35,737 nt of DNA from a virus (Duplodnaviria > Caudoviricetes), in IMG/VR virus record IMGVR_UViG_3300003375_000009, positions 1-35,737 of that record. One strand, given 5' to 3'. The notes below the pieces were generated by a model that was given only the letters and a program-made list of their open reading frames with translations, ran no database searches and had not been told where the DNA came from. The position numbers and the translations under genes are program-made. Shown here in pieces: positions 1-9,775 of this stretch; within the stretch, counting starts at the first letter, position 1, and every line of letters starts with the position of its first letter.

Positions 1-96
1 CGGCAACCGCAGAAGCCTTGAGACGTTCATCGTCCGTCAAAAGTTCAAGACGATCGCGCAAGTCCTCACTATGCAAAAATGGTGCATCGTCTCCTC
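1..96. repeat. 96-bp exact terminal direct repeat, copy 1 (circular assembly overlap)
   Basis: Bases 1-96 are identical to 35642-35737; an ORF reads in frame across the junction. Confidence 0.97.
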
Positions 97-445
97 GATC
101 ACCTTTCTCTCCTTTTTCGCCGTCAAAATAATCTTTGCCTTTGATCGGCGTGTAACCCATATCGCCCTTGATTGTCTTTACCTTTGAGATTTTATCGGTA
201 AGCTGTGCAATTTGCTCCTCGACGTATGCTTTGAGGTCGTTGTGCTTGCCTTGAAGCGCGCTGACGTCCTTGTAACCTGCCTCCGCAACGTCGCCAATCT
301 TTTTTTCGAGTGTCTGGTCGTTTGTCTGTGAAAGCTCCATTAACCCCTTGAATAGCAACGCAAAATCGCCCGTTTTAACGTAGTCGTTGTTCATCAAGTC
401 CATGATCTTTTTGAGTTTTTCGAGTTTGTCTTTTGGTGTTTCCAT
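1..445 (-). CDS. 5' part of origin-spanning tail fibre/adhesin (coiled coil + short collagen-like Gly-X-Y); continues into 33318..35717
   Basis: ATG at 445 reads METPKDKLEKLKK...GKDYFDGEKGEKGDRGDDAPFLHSEDLRD with no stop. Position 76 equals 35717, 123 codons in frame, so the full protein is ~922 aa. Confidence 0.9.
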   Translation of the reverse strand, partial: METPKDKLEKLKKIMDLMNNDYVKTGDFALLFKGLMELSQTNDQTLEKKIGDVAEAGYKDVSALQGKHNDLKAYVEEQIAQLTDKISKVKTIKGDMGYTPIKGKDYFDGEKGEKGDRGDDAPFLHSEDLRDRLELLTDDERLKASAVA

Positions 446-453
446 GGTATAAT
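445..453 (+). promoter_or_regulatory. extended -10 promoter TGgTATAAT, probably for a leaderless transcript
   Basis: TGnTATAAT followed 6 nt later by ATG at 460. Confidence 0.55.
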
Positions 454-459
454 GGTGTT

Positions 460-570
460 ATGGCTATTTTACTTGCACTCGCGGGTATGAGCTTCGGGAC
501 AATGGTTGTGATCGCTTTCTGTGTCTGGATGTTCCTACAAAACTGCGGGTATTACAATAAAAAAAAGTAA
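460..570 (+). CDS. 36-aa single-pass membrane microprotein
   Basis: MAILLALAGMSFGTMVVIAFCVWMFLQNCGYYNKKK*; hydrophobic helix with basic tail; exactly fills the intergenic gap. Confidence 0.6.
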   Translation: MAILLALAGMSFGTMVVIAFCVWMFLQNCGYYNKKK

Positions 571-3210
571 CTACTTATTTTGCGACCTCTCAACAACTAC
601 GTTGCGGGGCAGATTTCCTGTATCGTAGACTTGGTGTGCGCCTGCTTTTATAATCTTACCACCTACTTGGGCAATTTTGCTATTGAATATCTGCGGCTTT
701 TTCAAACCGCTGATACCCTCGCGTAAAAGCGTCTGTCCGGTATCTGACGCCACAAACCGGCTCACAAGCTGATCTCCAAGTATAGGCGTCATGTCCGCAA
801 CGAAACCGCCCACATTTCCCGTGAGAAGTTTTCCGAACGCGAGGAACGCACCACCTCCCTCAATGAGCTTACCGAGCCCAAGCCCTGCTTCTGCGGTCTT
901 TCCGAGGTGTTCATAGTCATTCGTCATAGTAATGACTTTCTGCATTGCCTTGATCGTATCAAATTGTTGAGGCGTCAAAATTGCTTTCATTTTATCCTCA
1001 CCATATGCCTTGATGATTGAGTTTATGCCGTTCTTTTTGAATGTATCACTTCCGAGATTTTTTGCGTTCTCAAAAATACTGTCGAGCATATGATACTGCA
1101 ACTGCTTGAAGTTCTCCTCTCCAATGACAGCTTTGATTTTTGGAATATCCTCGACTGCGGTGCTCTTTTTCAAAAGGGTAGGAACGATTTTGCTTTCTTG
1201 CCCCGCATCCGCAAGTTTGCGGATCTGTTTTGCAAACCCAGTTTGAAGCGCTGCACGACTATCCTTGTATGCAGTCTCTGCTTTTGTGAGAAGTCCTGAA
1301 AGTTGCTCGCCTCCCTTTTCTTTGACTGTTTCGTTCATATCGTCAGTAAGCGCTCCGTATAGAGCCTTGAGTTTTCCGACGTTCTGCGCAACAAATGGAT
1401 CTGAAAACTTAGACCCTATTTTCTCGCCGATATCTGTGCGAAGCGCCTTGAGCGTGTTGAATGTAGGCAGATCGTACTGCATTTTGCCGTTTGGACTTTC
1501 CCCGCCTGTGATTACGTTGAGTTTTTTCTCGAAAAAGCCCGCATCCTCGCCGATAGCGTTCTTGTCGTCAATAATTTTATTGAGCAGATCAGTAGTGTTG
1601 CTGACGCTTGCGATCGGATTGCCTGCCGCCTTTTGGAACTCGTCGTATGCGGCACTCGTTGCCGCTTTATAGGTTTTTTCCGTCTCGTTCAAACCCTCCG
1701 CAATACTCTTGCCGGTCGTAGTAAGGTCTTGGTCGTTGCCTGCTTGCTCAAGCGTTGCACTCTTGATATTTTCTAAAGCGTCCGATACGTTCTGCATTTT
1801 CTGTGCAAATGTTTCACCTCCCGCGCCTGCCGCGCTCATGGTTTCCAAACGGTTGACGAGAGGACTTGGGTTGGTCATTGATGACGGTACGTCCTCTGGT
1901 TGTATGCCAAGTTTTGAGAGAGCAGCCGCGTTCTCATTTATATCAGGAGAAGCCGCGACGCTCGTAATACCGTTAGCGATAGAGTTGAGCTTGTCACTGA
2001 TACCCGTAACATCGCCAACCGTAGAGATTGCGTTGCCTGCAAGACTGAAAGGATTGGTAGCTTCGCCTGCTGTCTTGAGTGCTGTACCTGCTTGTGACAC
2101 CACGTTCGGCGTTGGAGCAGGCGGTGTTGCCGTTGCTTCTGCGCCTGTAGCCGCTGCTTCTGGTGCTTCTGACGCGACAGCAGCCTTAGCCGCGTCTGCG
2201 GCGTCACCAACAGCTCCCACAGCGCCTCCCACGCCCGTAAGCGCAGTTGACAGGTCAGCCAAAAAGCCAACAGGATCGGTATATGCTGTCTTGCCAATAT
2301 TCTTGGCGATTTCCGCAGGATTTGAACCGCCGTATCGGTTGCCGAAATAACTCACAAGACTGTCAAAAGCTTGCGTGTTGGTGTCAGACGGTGCGCCCCC
2401 AACTTCCTCCACTGCTCCAAGCGGTATCTTTGCAAGGTTTGTAAGCGTGTTGATTGGGTGAACCGCCATGTTGACGAGGCTTGAACCAAGATTTTTCGTG
2501 CTGTTCCAAAGATTTCCAAGGAAACTCCCAGTGTCCTGTAATGTGCCGACTGGTTGGCTCGTACTTGGCGCAGTAGTTCCTGTCGGAGAAGTTCCCGCGG
2601 CTTGCACGGTCGGTACGAGTTGACTGTAAAACTGGTTGTAGAGCTTGCCGACATTGTTTACATACGTTCCCACGTTGTATTTCACGCCTTGTGAAGCGTT
2701 ATATCCGACACCTCCCGTCTTGTAAGCGTTCGGGTTGCCCGAGTTCCATGCAGACGCAATTTGAGCAGGATTGTAGCCCTGTTTTGCCATATCTGCGACC
2801 GCCATATATGCCACTTGGTCTTGATTTGCAGGTGTCATCGGCGCATTTGGGTTTCCAAGATACTTTCCTGCGTCCACTTGCCACTCTTGAGGAAGTTGTC
2901 CCTGTTGAAGTGGTGTTGGATTGTTCCATTGATACGCGCCGTAAGAGTGACCGTTATCGCCGACCTGATTATAATTTCCTTGACTTTCCTCCTGACCGAT
3001 AGCACGCGTCAACGCGAGGATTGTCGGATCAAGTTGTGTACCGCTTTGAGTAGGTGCAGACGGAACAGACTGTGCGGGCATTGGTGCAGGAGTTGGTGAC
3101 TGCACTGGTGCAGCAGGCGCGTTCAAAGGCGCACCGTCAGAACCGACTGGCGTTGTGCTTCCAAGAGGAACGTATGCATTTGTGTCGTTGACATAGTCGC
3201 CTGTTGCCAT
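571..3210 (-). CDS. internal virion/DNA ejection protein with N-terminal lytic transglycosylase (SLT-like) domain
   Basis: AIGQEESQGNY...SYGAYQW...IASAWNSG...YVNNV matches SLT/lysozyme-like motifs; long Ala/Gly-rich helical remainder; follows the nozzle and LysM genes. Confidence 0.75.
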   Translation of the reverse strand: MATGDYVNDTNAYVPLGSTTPVGSDGAPLNAPAAPVQSPTPAPMPAQSVPSAPTQSGTQLDPTILALTRAIGQEESQGNYNQVGDNGHSYGAYQWNNPTPLQQGQLPQEWQVDAGKYLGNPNAPMTPANQDQVAYMAVADMAKQGYNPAQIASAWNSGNPNAYKTGGVGYNASQGVKYNVGTYVNNVGKLYNQFYSQLVPTVQAAGTSPTGTTAPSTSQPVGTLQDTGSFLGNLWNSTKNLGSSLVNMAVHPINTLTNLAKIPLGAVEEVGGAPSDTNTQAFDSLVSYFGNRYGGSNPAEIAKNIGKTAYTDPVGFLADLSTALTGVGGAVGAVGDAADAAKAAVASEAPEAAATGAEATATPPAPTPNVVSQAGTALKTAGEATNPFSLAGNAISTVGDVTGISDKLNSIANGITSVAASPDINENAAALSKLGIQPEDVPSSMTNPSPLVNRLETMSAAGAGGETFAQKMQNVSDALENIKSATLEQAGNDQDLTTTGKSIAEGLNETEKTYKAATSAAYDEFQKAAGNPIASVSNTTDLLNKIIDDKNAIGEDAGFFEKKLNVITGGESPNGKMQYDLPTFNTLKALRTDIGEKIGSKFSDPFVAQNVGKLKALYGALTDDMNETVKEKGGEQLSGLLTKAETAYKDSRAALQTGFAKQIRKLADAGQESKIVPTLLKKSTAVEDIPKIKAVIGEENFKQLQYHMLDSIFENAKNLGSDTFKKNGINSIIKAYGEDKMKAILTPQQFDTIKAMQKVITMTNDYEHLGKTAEAGLGLGKLIEGGGAFLAFGKLLTGNVGGFVADMTPILGDQLVSRFVASDTGQTLLREGISGLKKPQIFNSKIAQVGGKIIKAGAHQVYDTGNLPRNVVVERSQNK

Positions 3211-3213
3211 TTT

Positions 3214-5403
3214 TTAACTCCCAAAGAAATTACCGAACGCATATTGACCGGAATTGTTGATACCCGCGAGAGGAGTTCCTGTCGAACTTGGTGTACCTTG
3301 AGTGCTTGTCGGTTGATTGACCGAGAGATTGAGATTTGGGAACGTCTCTTGAAGCTGTGACTGCAAGAGTGACTGGAACGTGGCAATTTTCGCCATTGCA
3401 CCCTCCAAGTTGTCGGTCGAGTTTGGCAGGTTTTGCGCTGCTGTCTCGATAGTGTCCGAGTTCAAGCGAAGTCCTGAACCTGCGCCACCGGCAAGCGCCG
3501 TGACTGCCTTGATAGCAGCGTCACGATACTCGTTGAATTGTCCGAGTTCTACACCAATTGGGGTCGGCTTGCCGGTAAGCGGATCAGTGACATCGTAGCC
3601 AGTCTGCAATGCGTTTGCAAGCTGTCCGATTGTTTTGTCACCGATACTTCCGATAAGACCAGAGCCAAGCGCGACCTGCGCGAGCTGCTGCATCTTGTTG
3701 AGGTTCGTCATCGTAACGTCGATAGACTGCGCGCCCTGAACTTCATTACCTGTAAGGTACGGAATACCTGCGGCTGCGGCTTCTGATTGAGCCTGTCCTT
3801 TCTGACCTGCCGGAACACGGTCATCATTTATCCATGCGATACCGTTATACCCTCCCTGAACATATCCCTGAATGGTAGGAGAAAGCTGTTGCACCTGCTG
3901 TGCGACCTGCGGATTGACCGTAGAGCCGTCGATGAGTTTCATTGGAGCAGTCGAGTTTGAAACATTGAAACCGTTTGGTTGGTTCGTACCGCCTGCACCC
4001 ATGCCTTGTACCGCCTGATATGCGGCAGACGGTGTCGTAGCGTCGTCGATTGCGCCCAAGATACTTGGATCGCTGATACCGTTTTGCAGCGCGTATGCAT
4101 GCGCCTGTTGTTTTGCCGTAAGGAGTTGCGAGTAGTTTTGTTCAAGAGCAAACTTTTGATTTTCGAGTTGCGTCTGTTGGCTTGTCGAAAGGTCGTTGAG
4201 GTTCTCTGACATGAACTGTCCGAGGGACTGTATCTGTGCGGCGATAGGTGCGAACTGGAATTGCAGTTTTTGGTTGACGATATTTTGCGCGGTCGTCAGG
4301 TCGTTGTTTTGTGCGTTCAAGACAATAGCGTAGTTCGCCTGATCCTCAAGCTGCTGACGCTGTAAGAGCGCGATCTGCTCCGCCGCGCCTCCGAACGTAC
4401 CTTGTGGGTTTTTATCCTCGATAGCCTTTATCTGTTCGTCGTATGAACGGTTGTTTGCTAACATCGCATTGTTGATGTCGTTGACCTGCTGCATCTTGTC
4501 GTAAATGCCTGCATTTTCGTATGCCTGCTCCGAGACTGCGCCCTGCGTACCCTGAATACCGATAAGAGATTTCAAATAGTCGAGCGCACTTGCGTTCGGA
4601 TTTGAGGGTATGTTTTCCTGTAATGCATCTGCGCCATTTTGAGAACTTGGAGTAACACTTGTCGGCACAAGCTGACCGTTCTGCATTGAGTAGTTGACTG
4701 TCTGTGACGTACCGTCAGACATGTACTCGGTCGTCGATCCGTCAGGATTTGTTTGATAGCCGGTAACCGTAAGAGGCGCGCCGTTCGTGCCGGTCGTTGA
4801 AGCGGTCGAACCACCCGTCATGGTCGGAGTTCCTACGCTATGAGACTGCGCGACGGTTGTCGCAAGATTTGTCTGCGTGGTAGTTCCCGCAGAAGTATTT
4901 GCAGGCGGAATTGTAAGCCCGTTTGAGTTGCCGACGACTGGCGCAGGAACAACAGGATTTGCCTGTGGCACTGAAATTGGAATACTTGCACCTGCAACGC
5001 CTGCAAACGGAGACGATTGTGTCGCTCCGCTTGGGATATTATCTATTGGTGCTGCGCTTATGTCACTGAAATTGTAACCGTTGGGATTTGAAAAGCCGTT
5101 TGGCGGAATAACACTGCTATTGAAATTGAGACTGCTCGATGCCGGCGCACTTGGAGTGACAGGAGACGTCGTGCTATTTGCGCCATTATTTCCACCTGCG
5201 CCAGTAAAGTCATTTGATTGTGTCGGTGCGGCAATAGGTGCGGAAACGGTCGGTTGCGGGTCTGGGATATTGAGAACCTGACCTGCTTGTATTTTGTTCG
5301 GATCTGCAATGCCGTTAAGCGCGGCAAGTTCCGTCGCAGTCGTTCCAAAACGCGACGCAATGTCGTTGAGGTCATCTTCTGCTTGTATCGTATAGAGTGC
5401 CAT
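3214..5403 (-). CDS. LysM-domain putative ejection/internal virion protein
   Basis: N-terminal YTIQAEDDLNDIASRFGTTATELAALNGIADPNKIQAGQVLNIP is a canonical LysM; S/T/P-rich linker; Q-rich coiled coil. Confidence 0.8.
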   Translation of the reverse strand: MALYTIQAEDDLNDIASRFGTTATELAALNGIADPNKIQAGQVLNIPDPQPTVSAPIAAPTQSNDFTGAGGNNGANSTTSPVTPSAPASSSLNFNSSVIPPNGFSNPNGYNFSDISAAPIDNIPSGATQSSPFAGVAGASIPISVPQANPVVPAPVVGNSNGLTIPPANTSAGTTTQTNLATTVAQSHSVGTPTMTGGSTASTTGTNGAPLTVTGYQTNPDGSTTEYMSDGTSQTVNYSMQNGQLVPTSVTPSSQNGADALQENIPSNPNASALDYLKSLIGIQGTQGAVSEQAYENAGIYDKMQQVNDINNAMLANNRSYDEQIKAIEDKNPQGTFGGAAEQIALLQRQQLEDQANYAIVLNAQNNDLTTAQNIVNQKLQFQFAPIAAQIQSLGQFMSENLNDLSTSQQTQLENQKFALEQNYSQLLTAKQQAHAYALQNGISDPSILGAIDDATTPSAAYQAVQGMGAGGTNQPNGFNVSNSTAPMKLIDGSTVNPQVAQQVQQLSPTIQGYVQGGYNGIAWINDDRVPAGQKGQAQSEAAAAGIPYLTGNEVQGAQSIDVTMTNLNKMQQLAQVALGSGLIGSIGDKTIGQLANALQTGYDVTDPLTGKPTPIGVELGQFNEYRDAAIKAVTALAGGAGSGLRLNSDTIETAAQNLPNSTDNLEGAMAKIATFQSLLQSQLQETFPNLNLSVNQPTSTQGTPSSTGTPLAGINNSGQYAFGNFFGS

Positions 5404-5406
5404 ATA

Positions 5407-7485
5407 TTAGTTGTTTGACTTTTCAAAAGTGTTGTTAATAATTTGCACCTCCTCGACGCGGATCTCAACACCGTTTAGGATAACTTTTATCATTGCCCAC
5501 TTTGCAGGCTCTCCAAGCGGTAATTCTTTCCAAGTGTCTGGGTCTGATGAAGTTATTATACCAAGTTTCTGCCATGTATCAATCACAACCTCGGAACGGT
5601 CTGCCGCAGTCACTCCGTACATCGTATCTGTGAGTGTCACCGTGTAGATGTTCGCCACGTCATCATACGTGATAGCCGACACCTGTGACATTTGTCCCGC
5701 ACCTCCTCCGTTGGTTATCTCAACCTCAAGCTGACGTTTGAAATTGTTAAGGCAGTTCATTGCTTCTGAAATGTCCGAGCCAGTCGTAAAGGTCGTGTTG
5801 TTGAGCCATACCACGTTTGGGTTTACGACTTCGTTCTGGTTGACTGTAACCGGCAAATTGTAGTAGTCATGCGTCTTTGCCTTGACAATGATTTTATCGT
5901 TTGCTCCCAACGGTTTGTATTTGACAAACACTTTCGAGAAACTGTCCTGTACATTTTGCGATGAGACTTTTGAGATTACGAAGTATCCAATGTTTTGAAA
6001 TAGAGGTACGCTAAGACATAGATCCATGAACTCTCCAGCAAGTGTCTGATGATTGGCAACAGTTGAAAAAATAACATTTTCATATACTTTGCTCTTGACC
6101 CCGAGAAGTCCTATGCCTCCGACCGAATTGTTTTCGATACCCGCTTTGCATGAGCCGAAGTCGAGCACGTTGATTGCCCCGAAATATCCCGTCGCCGTTG
6201 ATTGCGATGTGGGAATGATAGGAACTGGCGTCGAAGCTGTTGCGTTTGCGTAACTCGATGCAAGTTGAAATGTATCGCTCGACAAATTGATGATGTAATA
6301 CGTCGTCAGGCGGTTAATTCCTCCGATAAGAGAACCCGCAGTATAGATGTACTGGACTGGTGAACCGCTTGGCGGTATCGTCGCTCCGTTTTCGACAGTG
6401 AAAACACCCGTCGTAAGGTTCACTCCGTCAACCTCAATTTCCATAAGCGAGTACGGAGAAAATGACGGCGAGTAACGATGATATAAACCGACGTTTGGAT
6501 CGTAGCAATAAATGCCGGTAGGGAAGTTTGGTATGTAGGTCTCGCCTTTCTGCCCAAACGCATTGAGCTCGCTTGGTACATTGATAAGGATATTATCGCC
6601 GTCTACCTGCATGATGTCGCCGTAGGTGTAGAAATGAGTAAAGTCGAGCCATATTTTATTGAAAAATGCGAATGGGAACGTCGCAAGAGTTGTCCAACCC
6701 GCGCCATTGAAGTAGAGAAGCTGACCCTTACGCGTCAAAATAACCCACGATGATTTGTAGGCGACGATGTCGAGCACTTGATCTGACCCCACAGGAATAC
6801 CAGTATTTGCGACCGCTGTGATACCGTCCCAAATAAAGAAAAATGCATCTTGGTTTTCACCCTCCGTCTGATTTGCCATGCGTGTCACGATACCCATGCG
6901 ATTGTTTGCATACGCCATTTTGACCACCTGAAAATCTTTTGGAAGTGAGAGGTCTTGCACGTCGGTGTAGGTCGTATCGACTTGTCGCACGAGGTTTCCG
7001 TCTCCGATACAAAGATTTCCACGGTTGCGGAATACTTCCATGCAATGCACGTTGCTTTGACTGGACGTAAGAACGATGCCACTATCAGTCCATGTAGAAG
7101 CATTTTGTGCTCGTACCCAAACTTTAAAATCCGATGTGACATGCCACAATTGATTGAACCAACGTCCTCGGCTACCCTCGCCGGTCGAAGTTGGCGCGCT
7201 CGTTGCAGTATCTGCAACAACGGACATACCTGCTACTCCAAGCTCAGTTTCGTATTGATTGACAGTCGTATTGACATTAAACTGCCCCTCAGCGACGCGA
7301 CCAAATGACGGCACAATACCAAAGTTTGCGTCGTTCTGACTGGAATACAAAAGAGCCGTCCGAGCAGACAGCTTTGCATACCCCGCTTCATCAAAATTGA
7401 TGTTCTTGGTATACCAAACATTGCCGAAAAAGTCAGTTGTTGGTGATACTGCCCATTTTTTGTTGTCAGCGGGTACTTTTATCAT
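5407..7485 (-). CDS. putative tail nozzle/stabilisation protein (T7 gp12/P22 gp10-like position)
   Basis: 692 aa, beta-strand and aromatic rich (beta-propeller-like), directly before the ejection proteins. Confidence 0.55.
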   Translation of the reverse strand: MIKVPADNKKWAVSPTTDFFGNVWYTKNINFDEAGYAKLSARTALLYSSQNDANFGIVPSFGRVAEGQFNVNTTVNQYETELGVAGMSVVADTATSAPTSTGEGSRGRWFNQLWHVTSDFKVWVRAQNASTWTDSGIVLTSSQSNVHCMEVFRNRGNLCIGDGNLVRQVDTTYTDVQDLSLPKDFQVVKMAYANNRMGIVTRMANQTEGENQDAFFFIWDGITAVANTGIPVGSDQVLDIVAYKSSWVILTRKGQLLYFNGAGWTTLATFPFAFFNKIWLDFTHFYTYGDIMQVDGDNILINVPSELNAFGQKGETYIPNFPTGIYCYDPNVGLYHRYSPSFSPYSLMEIEVDGVNLTTGVFTVENGATIPPSGSPVQYIYTAGSLIGGINRLTTYYIINLSSDTFQLASSYANATASTPVPIIPTSQSTATGYFGAINVLDFGSCKAGIENNSVGGIGLLGVKSKVYENVIFSTVANHQTLAGEFMDLCLSVPLFQNIGYFVISKVSSQNVQDSFSKVFVKYKPLGANDKIIVKAKTHDYYNLPVTVNQNEVVNPNVVWLNNTTFTTGSDISEAMNCLNNFKRQLEVEITNGGGAGQMSQVSAITYDDVANIYTVTLTDTMYGVTAADRSEVVIDTWQKLGIITSSDPDTWKELPLGEPAKWAMIKVILNGVEIRVEEVQIINNTFEKSNN

Positions 7486-7721
7486 ATGGTTGGAATTGTT
7501 ACGTCATTACCGTTTATTTCAACGACGATTGAGCCGGTCAGAGACGACGGCGCTCCTGATACTGACTTCTTGAAAACCAAATGGTCTTTATCGAGAATAG
7601 CCTGTGAGGATGTGTCGATCGGCATGCTGATCTGTTGGCTTTCCTTTTGCGTTTTCCACTCCGTGAGAGCTCGAACCTGCTCTTGAAGTGACATCAAAAG
7701 TTGTAGTTGGTCAGGCTTCAT
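7482..7721 (-). CDS. small virion structural protein (coiled coil + beta tip)
   Basis: ATGA overlaps on both sides; 79 aa. Confidence 0.6.
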   Translation of the reverse strand: MKPDQLQLLMSLQEQVRALTEWKTQKESQQISMPIDTSSQAILDKDHLVFKKSVSGAPSSLTGSIVVEINGNDVTIPTI

Positions 7722-9595
7722 TGTAGGAGCATTTCTGTCGATGATATTGCCATGCCCAAAATTGGCGCGACCGTTGAGCCAGTGATTGTCGGTTGTCCGT
7801 TGTCATCAATGTAATACTGTGAGCCTGCGGTAAGACCTGAAAACGTATTTGCGTATTTGTACCGGAAACTGACATTGCCGTTGCTTCCGCTCGTCACGTT
7901 CGTCGTTGCAATACCGATTTGTGCCGCAGGAGGCTGCAAGTGCAAAAGCGGCTGATAGGTTGAGTGCGTAGCAACCACAAAATATACCCAAGGCTTCATC
8001 TTTACCATTGCTCCCGTTCCGACCGTCGCTGATGAAGCGGTGGACTGATACTTTTGTATCGTAGTTGGTGTACCCGTTGAACAGTCAAAAAGGTAACTCG
8101 TGACTGTGTTGCTTGAAGCAATTGTACGCGCAAAACCAATAATGTATTCGCTGATAAGTACCGGTTGACCTTGGTTGAGGTGCGCAAAACCAAAAGAACT
8201 GCTGTCCGGTTCAAGATGCGTACCCATTGAAATGGTTTGAGATCCACCGCTTCCCGCAATGGTAAGCAAGAGAACATAGTCACTCTGTTGTGTGCTGTTG
8301 CTGTACTGGAAAAATACAGTCGTTGGATTGATAGTGCAAAGGCTCATTTCATAACCTGTGTAACTTGATGAAATAAGCGTGTTGACTTGGTTTACCGTCG
8401 GTGTTGTTCCTGAAACCGTAACCGTTGCGGCATAAAGATCACCCGAGTTTGTACCGCCCTCACCGAATACAACAAGCGCGTTCGCGGCGTTGTCGAGAGA
8501 ACATGCGACGATACTCATGTATTGGTCGACGCTTGAACTTACTAATACTGGTGTACTGGTAGTGATTGAAGTACCAGAAATAGTGAGTACCTGACAATAG
8601 AGCGCACCACTATGAAGCCAAAATACGATTGCCTTATCAATTCCCAAAGAAGCTACCGCAACGTGTCTCCATGTTGCATAAGAAGTTCCTACGAAGCCAC
8701 TACCGTCGAGCGTCTGTGGAGAACCGACCGAGATTGTTCCCGATCCGTTTTCCGTTCCAACAACAACCTGTATTCCTTCGTCAACCGCACCCGAAGTATT
8801 GAAGCCTTGATAAATGGCGATGAACTTATTTGAACCGATCATTGTAGCGTCCCAACACATGACACCCGTCGTACCCGAACCGTACACTGCTTGAGTTCCT
8901 GAAAGAGTTACGGCAGTTTCACCCGCATTGACTGTCGCAATGTATCCGGTCAACGGCGCTGATGATGTACCTTGATACCCACCCGAAAGAACAAGAGACA
9001 CACTAGGGCGCAGATAAAACATACGACTTGTTTGTGACAAACTAAGGTTTGATACTGAACCACTATTGACGCCGATAGGGTTGACACGCTTCCCTGTATC
9101 GTTTCCCGTGATGTAAATACTGTCATTCTGCGTCCAGTCACTTCCTGCTGTGATAGTGAGCTGTGGTTGTAAACCCTGTGCAGTAAGCCATGGCAACATG
9201 GTACTTGGGTTCACATAGAGTTCCGCGCCAGTCGAACCGACCTGCGTTCCTGCATTGACTTGCGCCTGTGTCGCTTCTTGAACGATACCTTTTGCTGTTG
9301 TAGAAGCGTTCGTTGTTCCAAGTCCTACTGGTACAGACCAGTTACCTGAACCGTCGAGATATTGTGCCGCATTGTTCGGAAGTTTTGGAGCGAAACCGTG
9401 CATGACAGTCGAGACGTTGTTTGTCGTGATGTCGGACATGAAAAGTCCTGCATCTGAAATTGCGTCTCCTGCTGTGATTGCATACGCGCGTCCGCTGTCA
9501 GCAGGATTTGAAAGTATAAGAAGCGTCGAGCTTGAGAGCGACGTCATCGTATAAAGTCCTGTTCCAAGTTCGTTTCCTGAATATGGTGTAGTCAT
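7718..9595 (-). CDS. tail fibre/spike-like protein
   Basis: HGFAPKL...YLDGSGNWSVP and ASTTAKGIVQEATQAQV fibre motifs; repeated VxGTTxT beta segments; C-terminal GLTAGSQYY...LGMAISSTEMLL; S/T/G rich. Confidence 0.7.
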   Translation of the reverse strand: MTTPYSGNELGTGLYTMTSLSSSTLLILSNPADSGRAYAITAGDAISDAGLFMSDITTNNVSTVMHGFAPKLPNNAAQYLDGSGNWSVPVGLGTTNASTTAKGIVQEATQAQVNAGTQVGSTGAELYVNPSTMLPWLTAQGLQPQLTITAGSDWTQNDSIYITGNDTGKRVNPIGVNSGSVSNLSLSQTSRMFYLRPSVSLVLSGGYQGTSSAPLTGYIATVNAGETAVTLSGTQAVYGSGTTGVMCWDATMIGSNKFIAIYQGFNTSGAVDEGIQVVVGTENGSGTISVGSPQTLDGSGFVGTSYATWRHVAVASLGIDKAIVFWLHSGALYCQVLTISGTSITTSTPVLVSSSVDQYMSIVACSLDNAANALVVFGEGGTNSGDLYAATVTVSGTTPTVNQVNTLISSSYTGYEMSLCTINPTTVFFQYSNSTQQSDYVLLLTIAGSGGSQTISMGTHLEPDSSSFGFAHLNQGQPVLISEYIIGFARTIASSNTVTSYLFDCSTGTPTTIQKYQSTASSATVGTGAMVKMKPWVYFVVATHSTYQPLLHLQPPAAQIGIATTNVTSGSNGNVSFRYKYANTFSGLTAGSQYYIDDNGQPTITGSTVAPILGMAISSTEMLLQ

Positions 9596-9598
9596 AGT

Positions 9599-9772
9599 TT
9601 AAGATTTTGGTTGGTTACCCCAAACGATACCAACTCCATTATCGAGTAAAAGCACAAGCGCCGGATTTGACGGGTCGATTAAAAACTTAAAGCCGTTCGG
9701 GTCAATAAGCAGGTCGTATTGAGCACCGAGGCTTTTCTGTTGATCTGTCCATGTAGTGTCAGGGTATGCCAT
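9599..9772 (-). CDS. 57-aa hypothetical virion protein (not in ORF track)
   Basis: MAYPDTTWTDQQKS...GIVWGNQPKS*; fills the gap between adaptor and fibre genes. Confidence 0.7.
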   Translation of the reverse strand: MAYPDTTWTDQQKSLGAQYDLLIDPNGFKFLIDPSNPALVLLLDNGVGIVWGNQPKS

Positions 9773-9775
9773 AAA

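Noticed and set aside
1-96. Terminal repeat as biological DTR or att sites
   Set aside because: It lies mid-ORF and the frame continues across the junction; most simply an assembler overlap of a circular or permuted genome.
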